Below are positions 39,839 through 52,354 of a stretch of 64,000 bases of DNA, one piece after another; positions within the stretch are counted from its first letter, which is position 1; each line of letters starts with the position of its first letter. The notes under the pieces are model-generated. The model saw only the letters and a list, made by a program, of their open reading frames with translations, searched no databases and was not told the DNA's origin. The DNA comes from Mobula hypostoma (taxonomy: Eukaryota), in NCBI RefSeq assembly GCF_963921235.1, contig NC_086121.1:20832001-20896000 (forward strand), in the 5' to 3' direction. The position numbers and the translations under genes were made by a program.

Positions 39839-41110
39839 CTTGGTAACCTGAGGCTTATAACTACTAAGCCCCTCCCCCTAGACCAACCGAAAGCTAATTA
39901 ACTCAATTATCCAATTAAAGTTGGTATCTTCCACCATCAGCACACGTGTGCAGGTTGCTGCTGCCTCTATATGAGACAGCTCCATGCAGCAGCTCTCTTT
40001 CTATTACTGCTGGGGATGAGTATTTTACCGAGTGTGCCATGTGCCGTCCGTAGTCAGTGACGAGCCTTCGTCACACTCACCAATTGCATCTCAGTGTGGT
40101 ATGGCAATTGTCCTGTATCGGACCGCAAAGCACTCCAGCGTGTGGTGAAAACAGCCCAGCGGATTATCGGCACCCAATTGCCCACCATTGAGAACATCTA
40201 CCATAAACACTGCCTGGGCAGGGCGGAAAGCATTATCAAGGATGCATCTCACCCTAACCATGGACTTTTTACTCTCCTCCCATCCGGTAGGCGCTACAGG
40301 AGCCTCCACTCCCGCACCAGCAGGCACAGGAAGAGCTTCTTCCCTGAGGCTGTGACCCTGCTGAACCTCACATCACAGCGCTAAGCAGTATTGCACCTAT
40401 ATTGTACTGTCTCAGTACTTTTATATTTGTGTGCTGTAGCACTTATTTTTTCTTCGCAGTTATTTTGTAAATAACACTATTCTTTGCATTTCTGGCCAGA
40501 TATTAACTGCATTTCATTGGCTTTGTATCTGTACTCGGCACAATGACAATAAAGTTGAATCTAATCTAATCAGGCAGGAACTTGGAAGCATAAATTGGGA
40601 ACAGATGTTCTCAGGGAAATGTACAGAAGAAATGTGGCAAATGTTCAGGGGATATTTGCATAGAGTTCTGCATAGGTATGTTCCATTGAGACAGCGAAAT
40701 GATAGTAGGGTACAGGAACCGTGGAGTACAAAGGCTGTTGTAAATAGTCAAGAAGAAAAGAAGAGCTTACGAATGGTTCAAAAAACTAGGCAATGATAGA
40801 GATCTAGAAGATTATTAGACTAACAGGAAGGAGCTTAAGAAAGAAATTAGGAGAGCCAGAAAGGACCATGAGAATGCCTTGGCGGACAGGATTAAGGAAA
40901 GCCCCAAGGCATTCTACAAGTATGTGAAGAGCAAGAGGATAAGACGTGAGAGAATAGGACCAATCAAGTGTGACAGTGGAAAAGTGTGTATGGAACCGGA
41001 GGAGATAGCAGAGGTACTTAATGAGTACTTTGCTTCAGTATTCACTATGGAAAAGGATCTTGGTGACTGTAGGGATGACTTGCAGTGGACTGAAAAGCTT
41101 GAGCATGTAG

Positions 41111-41820
41111 ATAGTCATAGTCATACTTTATTGATCCCAGGGGAAATTGGTTTTCGTTACAGTTCCACCATAAATAATAAATAGTAATAGAACCATAAAT
41201 AGTTAAATAGTAATATGTAAATTATGCCAGTAAATTATGAAATAAGTCCAGGACCAGCCTATTGGCTCAGGGTGTCTGACCCTCCTGTGACTGAGCAAAG
41301 TTCCCATACCAGGCAGTGATGCCGCCAGTCAGGATATTCTCAATTGTACACCTATAGAAAGGATTTGGGGGCCCATACCAAACTTCTTCCAACCGTCTGA
41401 GGTGAGAGGTGCATTTGTGCAGACCACAAGATCCTCAGTGATGTTTATGGAGAGGAACTTAAAGCTGTTTACCCTCTCAACTCCAGATCCATTGATGTCT
41501 ATAGGGGTTAACCTGTCTCCATTCCTCCTGTAGTCCACAACCATTGAGGGAAAGGTTGTTTTCTTGACACCACTGTGTCAGGGTGATGACTTCTTCTCTG
41601 TGGGCTGCCTCATTATTATCTGAGATTAGGGGTTGTAGTGACGTCAGCAAATTTAATTAGCAGATTGGAGTTGTGTGTGGCAACACAGTTATTGGTATAC
41701 CGAGAGTAGAGGAGGGGGCTTAGTACACAGCCCTGAGGGGTACCTGGGTCAGAAGGGCAGAGGTGAGGGAGCCCACTCTTACCACCTGCCGGCATCTGAT
41801 AGGAAGTCCAGGACACAAGG
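41111..41820 (-). mobile_element. Rex1/Babar fragments
   Basis: 41111-41285 is near-identical to 44944-45105; GTPQGCVLSPLLYS, KFAD. Confidence 0.8.
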
Positions 41821-41842
41821 CAGGGTGGTCTCTGAGCTGTAT

Positions 41843-41911
41843 CGTCCCTGGGTGGGCTCGAACCATCAACCTTTCGGTGAACAGCCGAACACGCTGACTG
41901 CGATATTGCGC
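41843..41911 (-). pseudogene. tRNA-Asn(GTT) relic
   Basis: - strand reads GCGTGTTCGGCTGTTCACCGAAAGGTTGATGGTTCGAGCCCACCCAGGGACG, near-identical to vertebrate tRNA-Asn. The 5' acceptor strand is lost, the D-arm has insertions, and there is no CCA or T-run. Confidence 0.85.
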
Positions 41912-42000
41912 ACGTTATAAACCTGAAATACCTCGCTGGGATTTTCTGCACTAGTAGCCCAGATGTTAATAATTCGCGGTGAGGACCACTTTTTTAGAGG

Positions 42001-42080
42001 ACGAGTCTGGCGGCCCCTTGCAACGGGAGAGCCAATGAAGTGGGGCGGTCGAGGCACCGCTAAATCCCGCCCAGCTCGCC
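42001..42080 (+). promoter_or_regulatory. AKR7A proximal promoter
   Basis: CCAAT at 42032-42036 and GC box GGGGCGG at 42042-42048, in a CpG-rich segment just before the ATG. Confidence 0.55.
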
Positions 42081-42339
42081 ATGTTAGCATTCTTGTTCCG
42101 CCCCTGCGGGGTTGTTTCGCTGCAGCTTCTTCATCGGATCATGTCCAGCGGTGCCATGTCGGCGCGGCCTCGAACCGTCCTGGGGACCATGGAGTTCGGG
42201 CGCCGTGCGGACCCCGAGCAGAGCGCGCTCATACTGAAGGCGTTCTTGGAGCGCGGCCATGACGAGCTGGACGGAGCCTTTATGTACACGGAGGGGCGCT
42301 CGGAGCAGATCATTGGCAGCTTGGACCTTGCTCAGAGAG
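42081..42339 (+). CDS. AKR7A2: Aflatoxin B1 aldehyde reductase (AKR7A) exon 1
   Basis: VLGTMEFGRR and ELDGAFMY (catalytic Asp and Tyr); donor G|gtgaga; alternative in-frame ATGs at 42141 and 42156. Paralog number (7A2 vs 7A3) is uncertain. Confidence 0.92.
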
Positions 42340-42571
42340 GTGAGAGGTGCAAATGACGGCTTAAACCCTCGGACCTCTCTGGAGAGGGGCACCCCTACGA
42401 ACCGGGTCGTGTCCGCACTCGCCAGTGGCCAGTTATGATGTAGGCAGGGCCGGATTAAGCTAGTGCGGGGCCTGTAGCATATGTTATAAAGGGGCCCTAA
42501 ATTAAAAAAAAATTAAAACATAAATTATTTACTTGCATAGTAAAGTAATTCAATTTTTTCATTTGCTATAC

Positions 42572-44498
42572 CAGTGGTCCCCAACCACCAGGCCACAAAG
42601 CATGTGCTACCAGGCCTTGAGGAAACGATATGAGTCAACTGTACCTTTCCTCGTTGCCTGTCATGCCCACCGTTGAACTTGAGTGCATGGAGGCCATTAC
42701 CCATGCGAGGACATAAGTCAGTCACTAATCTACAACTACTCGTTGAGTTTCTTTGGAAGAGGTGGTAGGGGACATAAAAAGCCTAACAATGATGATAACG
42801 CAGAGACAGCTGAGGCTGAGACTGCAAAAAAAAAAGAAAGCTTCCTTCAGCAGAAAATATGACAAATCCTACATAAAATATAGGCTTTATTGCGATTGGT
42901 GACTCGCACACTCCAAGCCCTCTGTGTGTGATATGTGGAGACAAGCTGTCTAACAAGGCAATGAAACCCTCAAAACTGCTTCAACACCTTGAGGCAAGCA
43001 CCCTGCACTTAAAGACAAACCCGTTGAGTTTTCTGAGCAGATAAAACATGAGTAAGCGGGACAGAAGCACTTGCTGAGAGCCACCACTTCCACAAATGCT
43101 GCTGCTCTGAGAGCGTCGTACTTAGTGGCTAGCCGTATTGCTAAGGCTAAGAAGCCTTTCACTGTTGGTGAAGAATTGATTCTGCCTGCTGCCAAGGACA
43201 TGTGCCGTGAACTGTTGGGAGAAGCTGCAGCTAACAAGATGACACAGGTTTCTCTTTCAGCTACCACAGTTTCAAGGGGAATCGATGACATAGCGGAGGA
43301 CATCGAAGCATAGCTGTTGGAACGGCTTAACGAGTCTGGTTTCACTACCCGAGTCAAAGAGGTTGTTCCTGAATGCCAGTCTACACACTGTGTCATACAC
43401 GGAAATGCTGGCTAGCCGAAAAATGTCACCTGATCTTAACAGCGTATTGAGTGACGTTGTTGAAGTTATCAATCACATCAAAGCAAAATCCCTGAACTCA
43501 CGTCTGTTTGAGCAGCTTTGTGAGGAAATGGATGCAGAGCACAAATGCCTTCTCTTACACACTGAAGTCAGGTGGCTATCAAGGGGGAGAGCCCTGGCCA
43601 GGGTTTTTGAGTTAAGAGAGCAGCTACAGGATTTCTTTCAGGAAAAAAGTCACCACTGGCAGCACACTTCGGTGACGAGGAGTGGATAGCAAAACTTGCT
43701 TATCACTGTGACATCTTCAATGAACTCAATTTGTCACTTCAGGGGAGAATGACAACTGTCTTCAAGTTGGCAGATAGTGTCTGCTTTCACAGCCAAACTG
43801 GAACTGTGGGGACAGTGAGTGAACAGGGGCATATTTGACATGTTCCCAACATTAGCTGGGAATTTGGGAGAGACTAAGGCTCACAGCTGGTGTGCGAACA
43901 CCTATCTTTGCTGTCGACAGAATTCGAGCATTACTTCCCAACCGCAAATGACCCAAGATGTGCAAAGGAATGGGTCCGTGACCCATTTGTGATGTCCCTG
44001 GTGAATCATCCATGTCAGCGCGGGAAGAAGATCAACTCCTCGAGCTTGCAAATGACGGTGGGCTGAAAAGTATGTTTGACATAACATCTCTGCCGGCATT
44101 CTGTATCAAAGTCAAGGCTGAATATCCTGAGATACCCACGAAAGTACTGAAAACTTTTGCTTCCATTTCCAACATCATATCGCTGTGAAGCGGAGTTTTC
44201 TGCAATGAATGCAACGAAAACTAAATTGTGGAATAGACTGGACATAAGGAAACCCCTTATGACTTATAATTGACTTATCACTATATTCATGCGAAAAAAT
44301 ATGTGCTGTGTGTTTAATATTAAATTCGTTAGATAAACCCTTTTGGAAGCAAAATTGAGTGTATTAGCCACTGATAAGTGACTTATAGTTGACTTATCAC
44401 CTACATTCCGGTCGTGATTAACACCCCCCTCCTGTTGGCCAGTCCGCAGGAGTATTGTCAATATTAAACCGGTCCATGGTGCAAAAAAGGTTGAGGAC
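42572..44498 (+). mobile_element. Charlie/Buster hAT transposon, decayed
   Basis: TIR CAGTGGTCCCCAACC after TGCTATAC (nnnTAnnn); AKAKKPFTVGEELILPA, LLLHTEVRWLSRG, FCIKVKAEYPEI. Confidence 0.9.
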
Positions 44499-46356
44499 TA
44501 TACAGCCAGATAATACGACAAATGCCTGACACTTCAGTAATACTATTGCTTACATGTAGGTATCAATTTCAAATGTCAAAAGTAACAAAACTACAATTTA
44601 AAAGTTAGATTTTTTAGATTTAGCATGAGCAAATTTGATGATACTGGAAATGTCTAATTCACGCAGAAGTTCATGTTCAGTGCTCATTAGAATGAGATTG
44701 TTCAATCTGTTTTGACCCATGGTGCTCCTTAGTTTTTTAAATAGTTTTCAGTTCTGAAAATGAGCGTTTTCCACTGCAGTTGGTAACCACGAGCGACAAG
44801 GCGTTTTCTACATCTGGAAAACATGACTCCGAAGAATTGTCAGTTATCAAACGGTACAACTGCAACTCTACAAGGTCTTGTTTGGCGCCAGTATGAGAAG
44901 CAAGATCAGTTTTCAACAGTTCAGTACACTGCACAAATTCTTCATAGTCATAGTCATACTTTATTGATCCCAGGGGAAATTGGTTTTTGTTACAGTTGCA
45001 CCATAAATAATAAATAGTAATAGAACCATAAATAGTTAAATTATGCCAGTAAATTATGAAATAAGTCCAGGACCAGCCTATTAGCTCAGGGTGTCTGACC
45101 CTCCAAGGGAGGAGTTGTAAAGTTCGATGGCCACAGGCAGGAATGACTTCCTATGACGCTCAGTGTTGCATCTCAGTGGAATGAGTCTCTGGCTGAATGT
45201 ACTCCTGTGCCCAACCAGTACATTATGTAGTGGATGGGAGACATTGACCAAGATGGCATGCAACTTAGACAGCATCCTCTTTTCAGACACCACTGTCAGA
45301 GAGTCCAGTTCCATCCCCACAACATCACTGGCCTTACGGATGAGTTTGTTGATTCTGTTGGTGTCTGCTACCCTCAGCCTGCTGCCCCAGCACACAACGG
45401 CAAACATGATAGCACTGGCCACCACAGACTCATAGAACATCCTCAGCATCGTCCGGCAGATGTTAAAGGACCTCAGTCTCCTCAGGAAATAGAGACGGCT
45501 CTGACCCTTCTTGTAGACAGCCTCGGTGTTCTTTGACCAGTCCAGTTTATTGTCAATTCGTATCCCCAGGTATTTGTAATCCTCCACCATGTCCACACTG
45601 ACCCCCTGGATGGAAACAGGGGTCACCGGTACCTTAGCTCTCCTCAGGTCTACCACCAGCTCCTTAGTCTTTTTCACATTAAGCTGCAGATAATTCTGCT
45701 CACACCATGTGACAAAGTTTCCTACCGTAGCCCTGTACTCAGCCTCATCTCCCTTGCTGATGCATCCAACTATGGCAGAGTCATCCGAAAACTTCTGAAG
45801 ATGACAAGGCTCTGTGCAGTAGTTGAAGTCTGAGGCGTAAATGGTGAAGAGAAAGGGAGACAAGACAGACCCCTTGGAGCCCCAGTGCTGCTGATCACTC
45901 TGTCGGACACACAGTGTTGCAAGCACACGTACTGTGGTCTGCCAGTCAGGTAATCAAGGATCCATGATACCAGGGAAGCATCCACCTGCATCGCCTTTAG
46001 CTTCTCCCCCAGCAGAGCAGGGCGGATGGTGTTGAATGCACTGGAGAAGTCAAAAAACATGACCCTCACAGTGCTCGCTGGCTTGTCCAGGTGGGCATAG
46101 ACACGGTTCAGCTGGTAGACGATGGCATCCTCAACTCCTAGTCAGGGCTGGTAAGCGAACTGGAGCGGATCTAAGTGTGGCCTGACCATAGGCCGGAGCA
46201 GCTCCAGAACAAGTCTTTCCAGGGTCTTCATGATGTGGGAGGTCAATGCCACTGGTCTGTAGTCATTGAGGCCGCTGGGGCGCGGCCTCTTCGGCACAGG
46301 AACGAGGCAGGATGTCTTCCACAGTACAGGAACCCTCAGGCTCAGGTTGAATACAT

Positions 46357-49300
46357 AGAACCATAGAAACTACAGCACAGAAACAGGCCCTTTGGCCCTT
46401 CTTGGCTGTGCCGAACCATTTTCTGCCTAGTCCCACTGACCTGCACACGGACCATATCCCTCCATACACCTCCCATCCATGTATCTGTCCAACTTATTCT
46501 TAAATGTTAAAAAAGAACCCGCATTTACCACCTCGTCTGGCAGCTCATTCCATACTCCCACCACTCTCTGTGTGAAGAAGCCCCCCCTAATGTTCCCTTT
46601 AAACTTTTCCCCCCTCACCCTTAACCCATGTCCTCTGGTTTTTTTCTCCCCTTGCCTCAGTGGAAAAAGCCTGCTTGCATTCACTCGATCTATACCCATC
46701 ATAATTTTATATACCTCTATCAAATCTCCCCTCATTCTTCTACGCTCCAGGGAATAAAGTCCTAACCTATTCAACCTTTCTCTGTAACTGAGTTTCTCAA
46801 GTCCCGGCAACATCCTTGTAAACCTTCTCTGCACTCTTTCAACCTTATTTATATCCTTCCTGTAATTTGGTGACCAAAACTGAACACAGTACTCCAGATT
46901 CGGCCTCACCAATGCCTTATACAACCTCATCATAACATTCCAGCTCTTATACTCAATACTTTGATTAATAAAGGCCAATGTACAAAAAGCTCTCTTTACG
47001 ACCCTATCTACCTGTGATGACACTTTTAGGGAATTTTGTATCTGTATTCCCAGATCCCTCTGTTCCACTGCACTCCTCAGTGCCTTACCATTAACCCTGT
47101 ATGTTCTACGTTGGTTTGTCCTTCCAACATGCAATACCTCACACTTGTCAGTATTAAACTCCATCTGCCATTTTTCAGCCCATTTTTCCAGCTGGTCCAA
47201 GTCCCTCTGCAGGCTTTGAAAACCTTCCTCACTGTCTACTACACCTCCAATCTTTGTATCATCAGCAAACTTGCTGATCCAATTTACCACATTATCATCC
47301 AGATCATTGATATAGATGACAAATAACAATGGACCCAGCACTGATCCCTGTGGCACACCACTAGTCACAGGCCTCCAGTCAGAGAAGCGATTCTCTACCA
47401 CTACTCTCTGGCTTCTTCCATCGAGCCAATGTCTAATCCAATTTACCACCTCTCCATGTATACCTAGCGACTGAATTTTCCTAACTAACCTCCCATGCGG
47501 GACCTTGTCAAAGGCCTTACTGAAGTCCATGTAGACAATATCCACTGCCTTCCCTTCATCCACTTTCCTGGTAACGTCCTCGAAAAACTCCAACAGATTG
47601 GTCAAACATGACTTACCACGCACAAAGCCGTGTTGACTCTCCCTAATAAGCCCCTGTCTATCCAAATGCTTGTAGATTCTGTCTCTTAGTACTCCCTCCA
47701 ATAACTTACCTACTACTGACGTTAAACTCACCGGCCTATAATTTCCCGGATTACTTTTCGATCCTTTTTTTTTTCTTTTTTTTTAATTTTATTTTTATTT
47801 GGATAAGGAATTCACAATTATCATGTACTTTTTTCACACATATAACCTTTTCCATTTTTTTATATGTATAAAACTACAATTATTTATACATTCTTAAGTA
47901 CACATTGAGATGATATAAAAGGAAAATAAACATTTAAATAGATAATTATGTACTGTGGTAAATCTAACCTATTAGGCTAAGTAATGAAATTAGTTGTTAA
48001 GAAAAATGGTAATAATAGTTTCCATGCAACCCTTCTGGACCATTTCCACTGGTCCAAAATGTTGCATACAAGCCTATATACCAACCATTGTAGGTGTTTA
48101 TATCCCAATTTGTTCGTGCTTGTTCCTGCCCGCAGACATTATTATCCGATCCCTATGTACTTATTTACTTAATTTTTTCATTTTTTTTTTATCCCTTTCC
48201 CAAATCTTTCCCTTTACTTGTGTTAATTCTCTATTTTCCAAAAAAAAACAAACATTTAGACTAGGGGTGCTTACGTTAGCAATATTACTGTGTTGATGAG
48301 AAGAGCAATATAAATCATTAGGAGAGTCATCTAAAGTCTGCTCGCATTGGGGTTATATATTCAATCCATTTATTCCAGATTTGATAAAATGTTTCTTTTT
48401 GAGTTCTCAGGGAGTAAGTCAACTTTTCCATTTTAAATATTTCCAAGATAATTTCGTACCAATCTTCTAATGTAGGTGGTATTGGATTTAGCCATTTTCT
48501 AGTGATTGATTTCTTACTTGCCGCTAAGAGGGCCTGCAGCAACTTTATATCTTCCTTCTGTTCAAGGAACAATACATGCCCCAAATACAGCGTCTCAAAG
48601 TTCAGAGGTATCTGGGACCTAAGTACCTTAACTAATGTTCTATGAATACCTTCCCAAAATAGACTTAATTTAGGGCAATCCCAGAAAATATGAAAATGAT
48701 TTGCCTCCTTGGAGCCGCACCTTCTCCAACACATCACATTTGTATCTTTATATTTTTCCTGATATGGGGTCTTGAAGTATCTTATAATGTTTTTCCAACA
48801 ATGTTCTCTCCAAGTCAAAGAATTAGTCGAGGACCATTGAAAGCTGCAGATTTTCCCCCAAGCCTCCTCTGAAAGTACCAACCACGCTTCTTTCTCTCAC
48901 TTCTCTTTAATATACAGTGTATTTACATTTTTAGCATGGGAGAGTGCATTATATAGGCGAGAAACTGATTTACTAGGTATTGAACTGCAAGCCAAATTCA
49001 GAATCTTGAAAAATTCTAATTCTACTGTTGATAGGTCTGTATATCTACAACTCTGGTTAACATAGTTTCGTATTTGAAGGTACCTAAAAAAGTCATTATG
49101 TTCTAGGCCATGTTTGTCCTGCAGGATTTGGAAACTTTGTAATACTCTTTTATCTATAAATGAGAGGTAGGTTGTAAGACCTTTCTTTATCCATAGCTCA
49201 AATCTTTTATCTCCTCTGTTGGGAAGGAATTCGGTATCATATGCACACCATCTAAAGAGTTTTTCGATCCTTTTTTAAACAACGGAACAACATGAGCCAC

Positions 49301-49839
49301 TCTCCAATCCTCCGGCACTTCACCCGTAGACAGCGACATTTTAAATATTTCTGCCAGGGCCCCCGCAATTTCAACACTAGTCTCCTTCAAGGTCCGAGGG
49401 AACACTCTGTCAGGTCCCGGGGATTTATCCACTTTAATTTTCCTCAAGACAGCAAGCACCTCCTCCTTTTCAATCTGTACAGTTTCCATGGTCTCACTAC
49501 TTGATTCCCTCAATTCCATAGATTTCATGCCAGCTTCCTTAGTAAATACAGACGCAAAAAACCTATTTAAGATCTCCCCCATTTCCTTTGGTTCCGCACA
49601 AAGCCGACCACTCTGATCTTCAAGAGGACCAATTTTATCCCTTACAATCCTTTTGCTCTTAATATACTTGTAAAAGCTCTTTGGATTCTCCTTCACTTTG
49701 ACTGCCAAGGCAACCTCGTGTCTTCTTTTAGCCCTCCTGATTTCTTTCTTAAGTATTTTCTTGCACTTCTTATACTCCTCAAGCACCTGATTTACCCCCG
49801 TTTCCTATACATTTCATACAACTCCCTCTTCTTCTTTAT
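46357..49839 (-). mobile_element. Young CR1 LINE split by L1
   Basis: Uninterrupted 434-aa RT ORF 46427-47731 (YMDFSKAFD, GVPQGSVLGP, FADD) plus upstream ORF 49187-49786. Confidence 0.93.
47771..49260 (-). mobile_element. 5'-truncated L1-clade LINE
   Basis: CWRRCGSKEANHFHIFWDC knuckle; A-rich tail; TSD TTTTCGATCCTTTTTT (47755-47770 and 49261-49276) at a TT/AAAA site. Confidence 0.88.
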
Positions 49840-52125
49840 CATGGCGAAGTACTCCACATAGCTGAGGGGCACAGGCTTTGAGCACCCTGGTACTGACACC
49901 ATCCAGTCCTGCAGCCTTGCTTGGGTTGAGACATTTCAGCTGTCTTCTCACCTGTTCAGCTGTGAAGCCCACCGTGGTGGTTTCGTGTGGGGAAGGGGTA
50001 TAGTCATGAGAGCAGGGTGGGGGACTGTGAGGAGGGGTAGGAGGGGAGAGTGGAATATGTGTTGGTTGGGGGCCGACAACAGATGGCTCGTGTGGGATGG
50101 GCAGGGGCCACAATGTCAAATCTGTTAAAGAACAGGTTAAGTTCATTGGCCCTGTCCACAAGTCATGAAGACTTTCTTCCAGATCTTCCGGATATGATTT
50201 AATAAGATTTGATGACCTCTTTACGATCTCTTCAGGTGTAAACGACTGTAACTGATGAAGGAATCAAAAAACACCATTCACCTTTAGATAAGCTTTCTGC
50301 CTTTTTGACGGGGCAGAAAGCAAGCTGTCAATAATGGCAAGAAATGTTCGACTTTTAAACTTCTGAGGAGGCGTTTGAGATTCAACAAGTGAATCAAGAG
50401 TGCTGGAACCACTGAAATCATCATACGTGCGATTTTACTTGTGTTTTCTTTGAGTTTGCTGTTGATAATCTTCACACTTAGTCAGATCTTTGGCTTTTTG
50501 CTCGATGCCTGAAAAAGTAGACCGCATAGCTTGAATATATCCATGCAAGGATTCATAGAGTGCGCAAGTCTTCAAGTCTTGTGTTCAGATCTTGGTCAGA
50601 AGATTGCAAAGAAGCACTGGTCATTTGAAAACGCTGTAATACTTGATCCCACAATATGACCATTATTCCTGTTTCCAACTTCATCATGGTTGAAAGTAGT
50701 CCACGAGCCTGTTGTTGACACTCTGCCTTCTGATCATTGTTATTTGAAATGTCATCCAAGACTTGTTTTATTGCAGAAAAGCTGTGTAAAAGTGCTTTTG
50801 TTGCATCTGCACGAGCTGACCACCTGGTATCTGACATTCTTTTCACAATGGGCAAATGAGCACCACCATCAGATAATGCAGGAGAAAGGAGATCCCACCA
50901 ATAAGTAGAAGCAGAAAAAAATGTGTATAGGCTGTCGACAAATTGAAAGAAAATTAATGCTTCTTAACAACGTTTAGCAGCACATTTTCCAACCAAATTT
51001 AGTAAATGTGCAAAACATGGAATGTAATCCACAAACTCATTCAGCTCTTTAATTCGTGCTTGTAAGCCACTATACTTGCCACTCATGTTGCTGGCATTGT
51101 CATAACTTTGACCACGGCAGTCTTTCATATCAATGTCATTTTTCCTTTAAAAAGTCAAGTAAACTTTGAGCAAGCTGTTCAGCATTATGACTTTCCATAT
51201 CCGAAAACTTCACAAATCTTTCAACTGGTCCATACGGCAAAACATAGCACAAAGTCAAAGTCAGCTGGTCCACATTAGATATATTTGGAGTAGAATCCAA
51301 TGAAACAGAATAATACTTGTATTTCTTCACTTTACCAGTAATGTGATCCAGTATGCTGGATCCAATCAGATTGATGAATTCCGCACATAGGTATGATTTA
51401 TACTTCCTTGGTTTGCATGAGTGTTTATATGCTTTGCCAGAAAAGGGTCAAATTTGGCCAGTAACAACCCCAAATAATTTCCATTATGAGGAGAGCCAAC
51501 AGTTTCATCACTACCACGAAATGAAAGGCCTCGTTCAGCTAAAAACTTCAATTATTCGCTCTAGAAGTGTTCACCAATACTTTTGTTCAGTCTCCATTTC
51601 TTTCACAAGGTGGGAATCGACGCGTTTAGCTTTGTTTTTGCGCATGAACAGTGAAATTAAAGCTTGTCTATGTGAGTAACTTTCTTCATGTTGATGTAAT
51701 AGATTGCTTGCGTTTTTCTAGTCATTAAACCCCTCTTCACTAAGCTTTGAACATTCTGAAATCATAACCTTGCATGGGAAACAGAATAGGCTTCCTTTGC
51801 TTTCTGAATAGCATAACCAATTTCTTGCATGTTGCTTGTTTGTAGGTTTATGAATACATGTAAAATAAGACTTCTGACAGTGCCGAGGTTTCTTTTCATT
51901 ATCGTACAACTGCATGGATGAAGAGAAGTCAAATCAGTTCCCTTGGCTATCCAATATTCACGATCACAATCACCTAGATTGTTTGGCTATTCACCAACAT
52001 CATTGAAGAGTACTTGTTCTTTTCACTTTTTCTTTCGCATTCAATGGATGCTGGCTGTTGCTGTATCATGCCTTCTGCCGCACTAGTCGCACTAGTACTG
52101 GTTGTTCCTATAGTTCCTATATTTC

Positions 52126-52354
52126 TGTGGGCACGTAGCCAAGTGGTTCAGGCGTTCGTCTAGTGATCTCAAGGTCGCTAGTTCAAGCCTCAGCTGTGGC
52201 AGCGTGTTTGTGCCCTTGAGCAAGGCACTTAACCACACATTGCTCTAGTGTTTGTGCGAGGAGTGGCGCCCCACACAGACTTCCAATAAGGCATGAAAAT
52301 GCCCGACGCAGGCCTCTCACGGTCTGAGTCAACGTTCCCTCCCCTCCCTCCCCC
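52126..52354 (+). mobile_element. tRNA-derived SINE
   Basis: A-box TAGCCAAGTGG and B-box-like AGTTCAAGCC; flanking repeat ATATTTC (52119-52125 and 52355-52361); interrupts the hAT transposase. Confidence 0.75.

Larger units (their letters stand above)
37135..40075 (-). mobile_element. Non-autonomous Gmr1-like Gypsy LTR retrotransposon
   Basis: TG..CA LTRs at 37135-37531 and 38915-40075 (interrupted); TSD CTCAC (37130-37134 and 40076-40080); PPT at 37532-37548; tRNA-Leu PBS ending at 38912. Confidence 0.92.
36790..40570 (+). mobile_element. Rex1/Babar LINE 3' half (36790-37134 plus 40081-40570) split by an LTR element
   Basis: AYRDEVQHLAVWC..; WYGNC..LQRVVKTAQRI..LLPSGRRYRSL; AATAAA and (AATCT)n tail. 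Confidence 0.85.
36712..41110 (+). mobile_element. CR1 ORF2 fragment (36712-36790 plus 40571-41110) split by a Rex1 insertion
   Basis: NWSKGKYEA rejoins RQELGSINWEQMF..KESPKAFYKYVKSKR. Confidence 0.75.
44944..50160 (-). mobile_element. Rex1/Babar LINE (44944-46356 plus 49840-50160) split by CR1
   Basis: FFDFSSAFNTI, QKFSDD; CAPQLCGVLRH rejoins VFNLSL; (TGACTA)n tail. Confidence 0.9.

Noticed and set aside
42720-44260. Domesticated ZBED5/SCAND3-like gene
   Set aside because: Multiple stops and frameshifts, and bounded by a TIR; a dead transposon.
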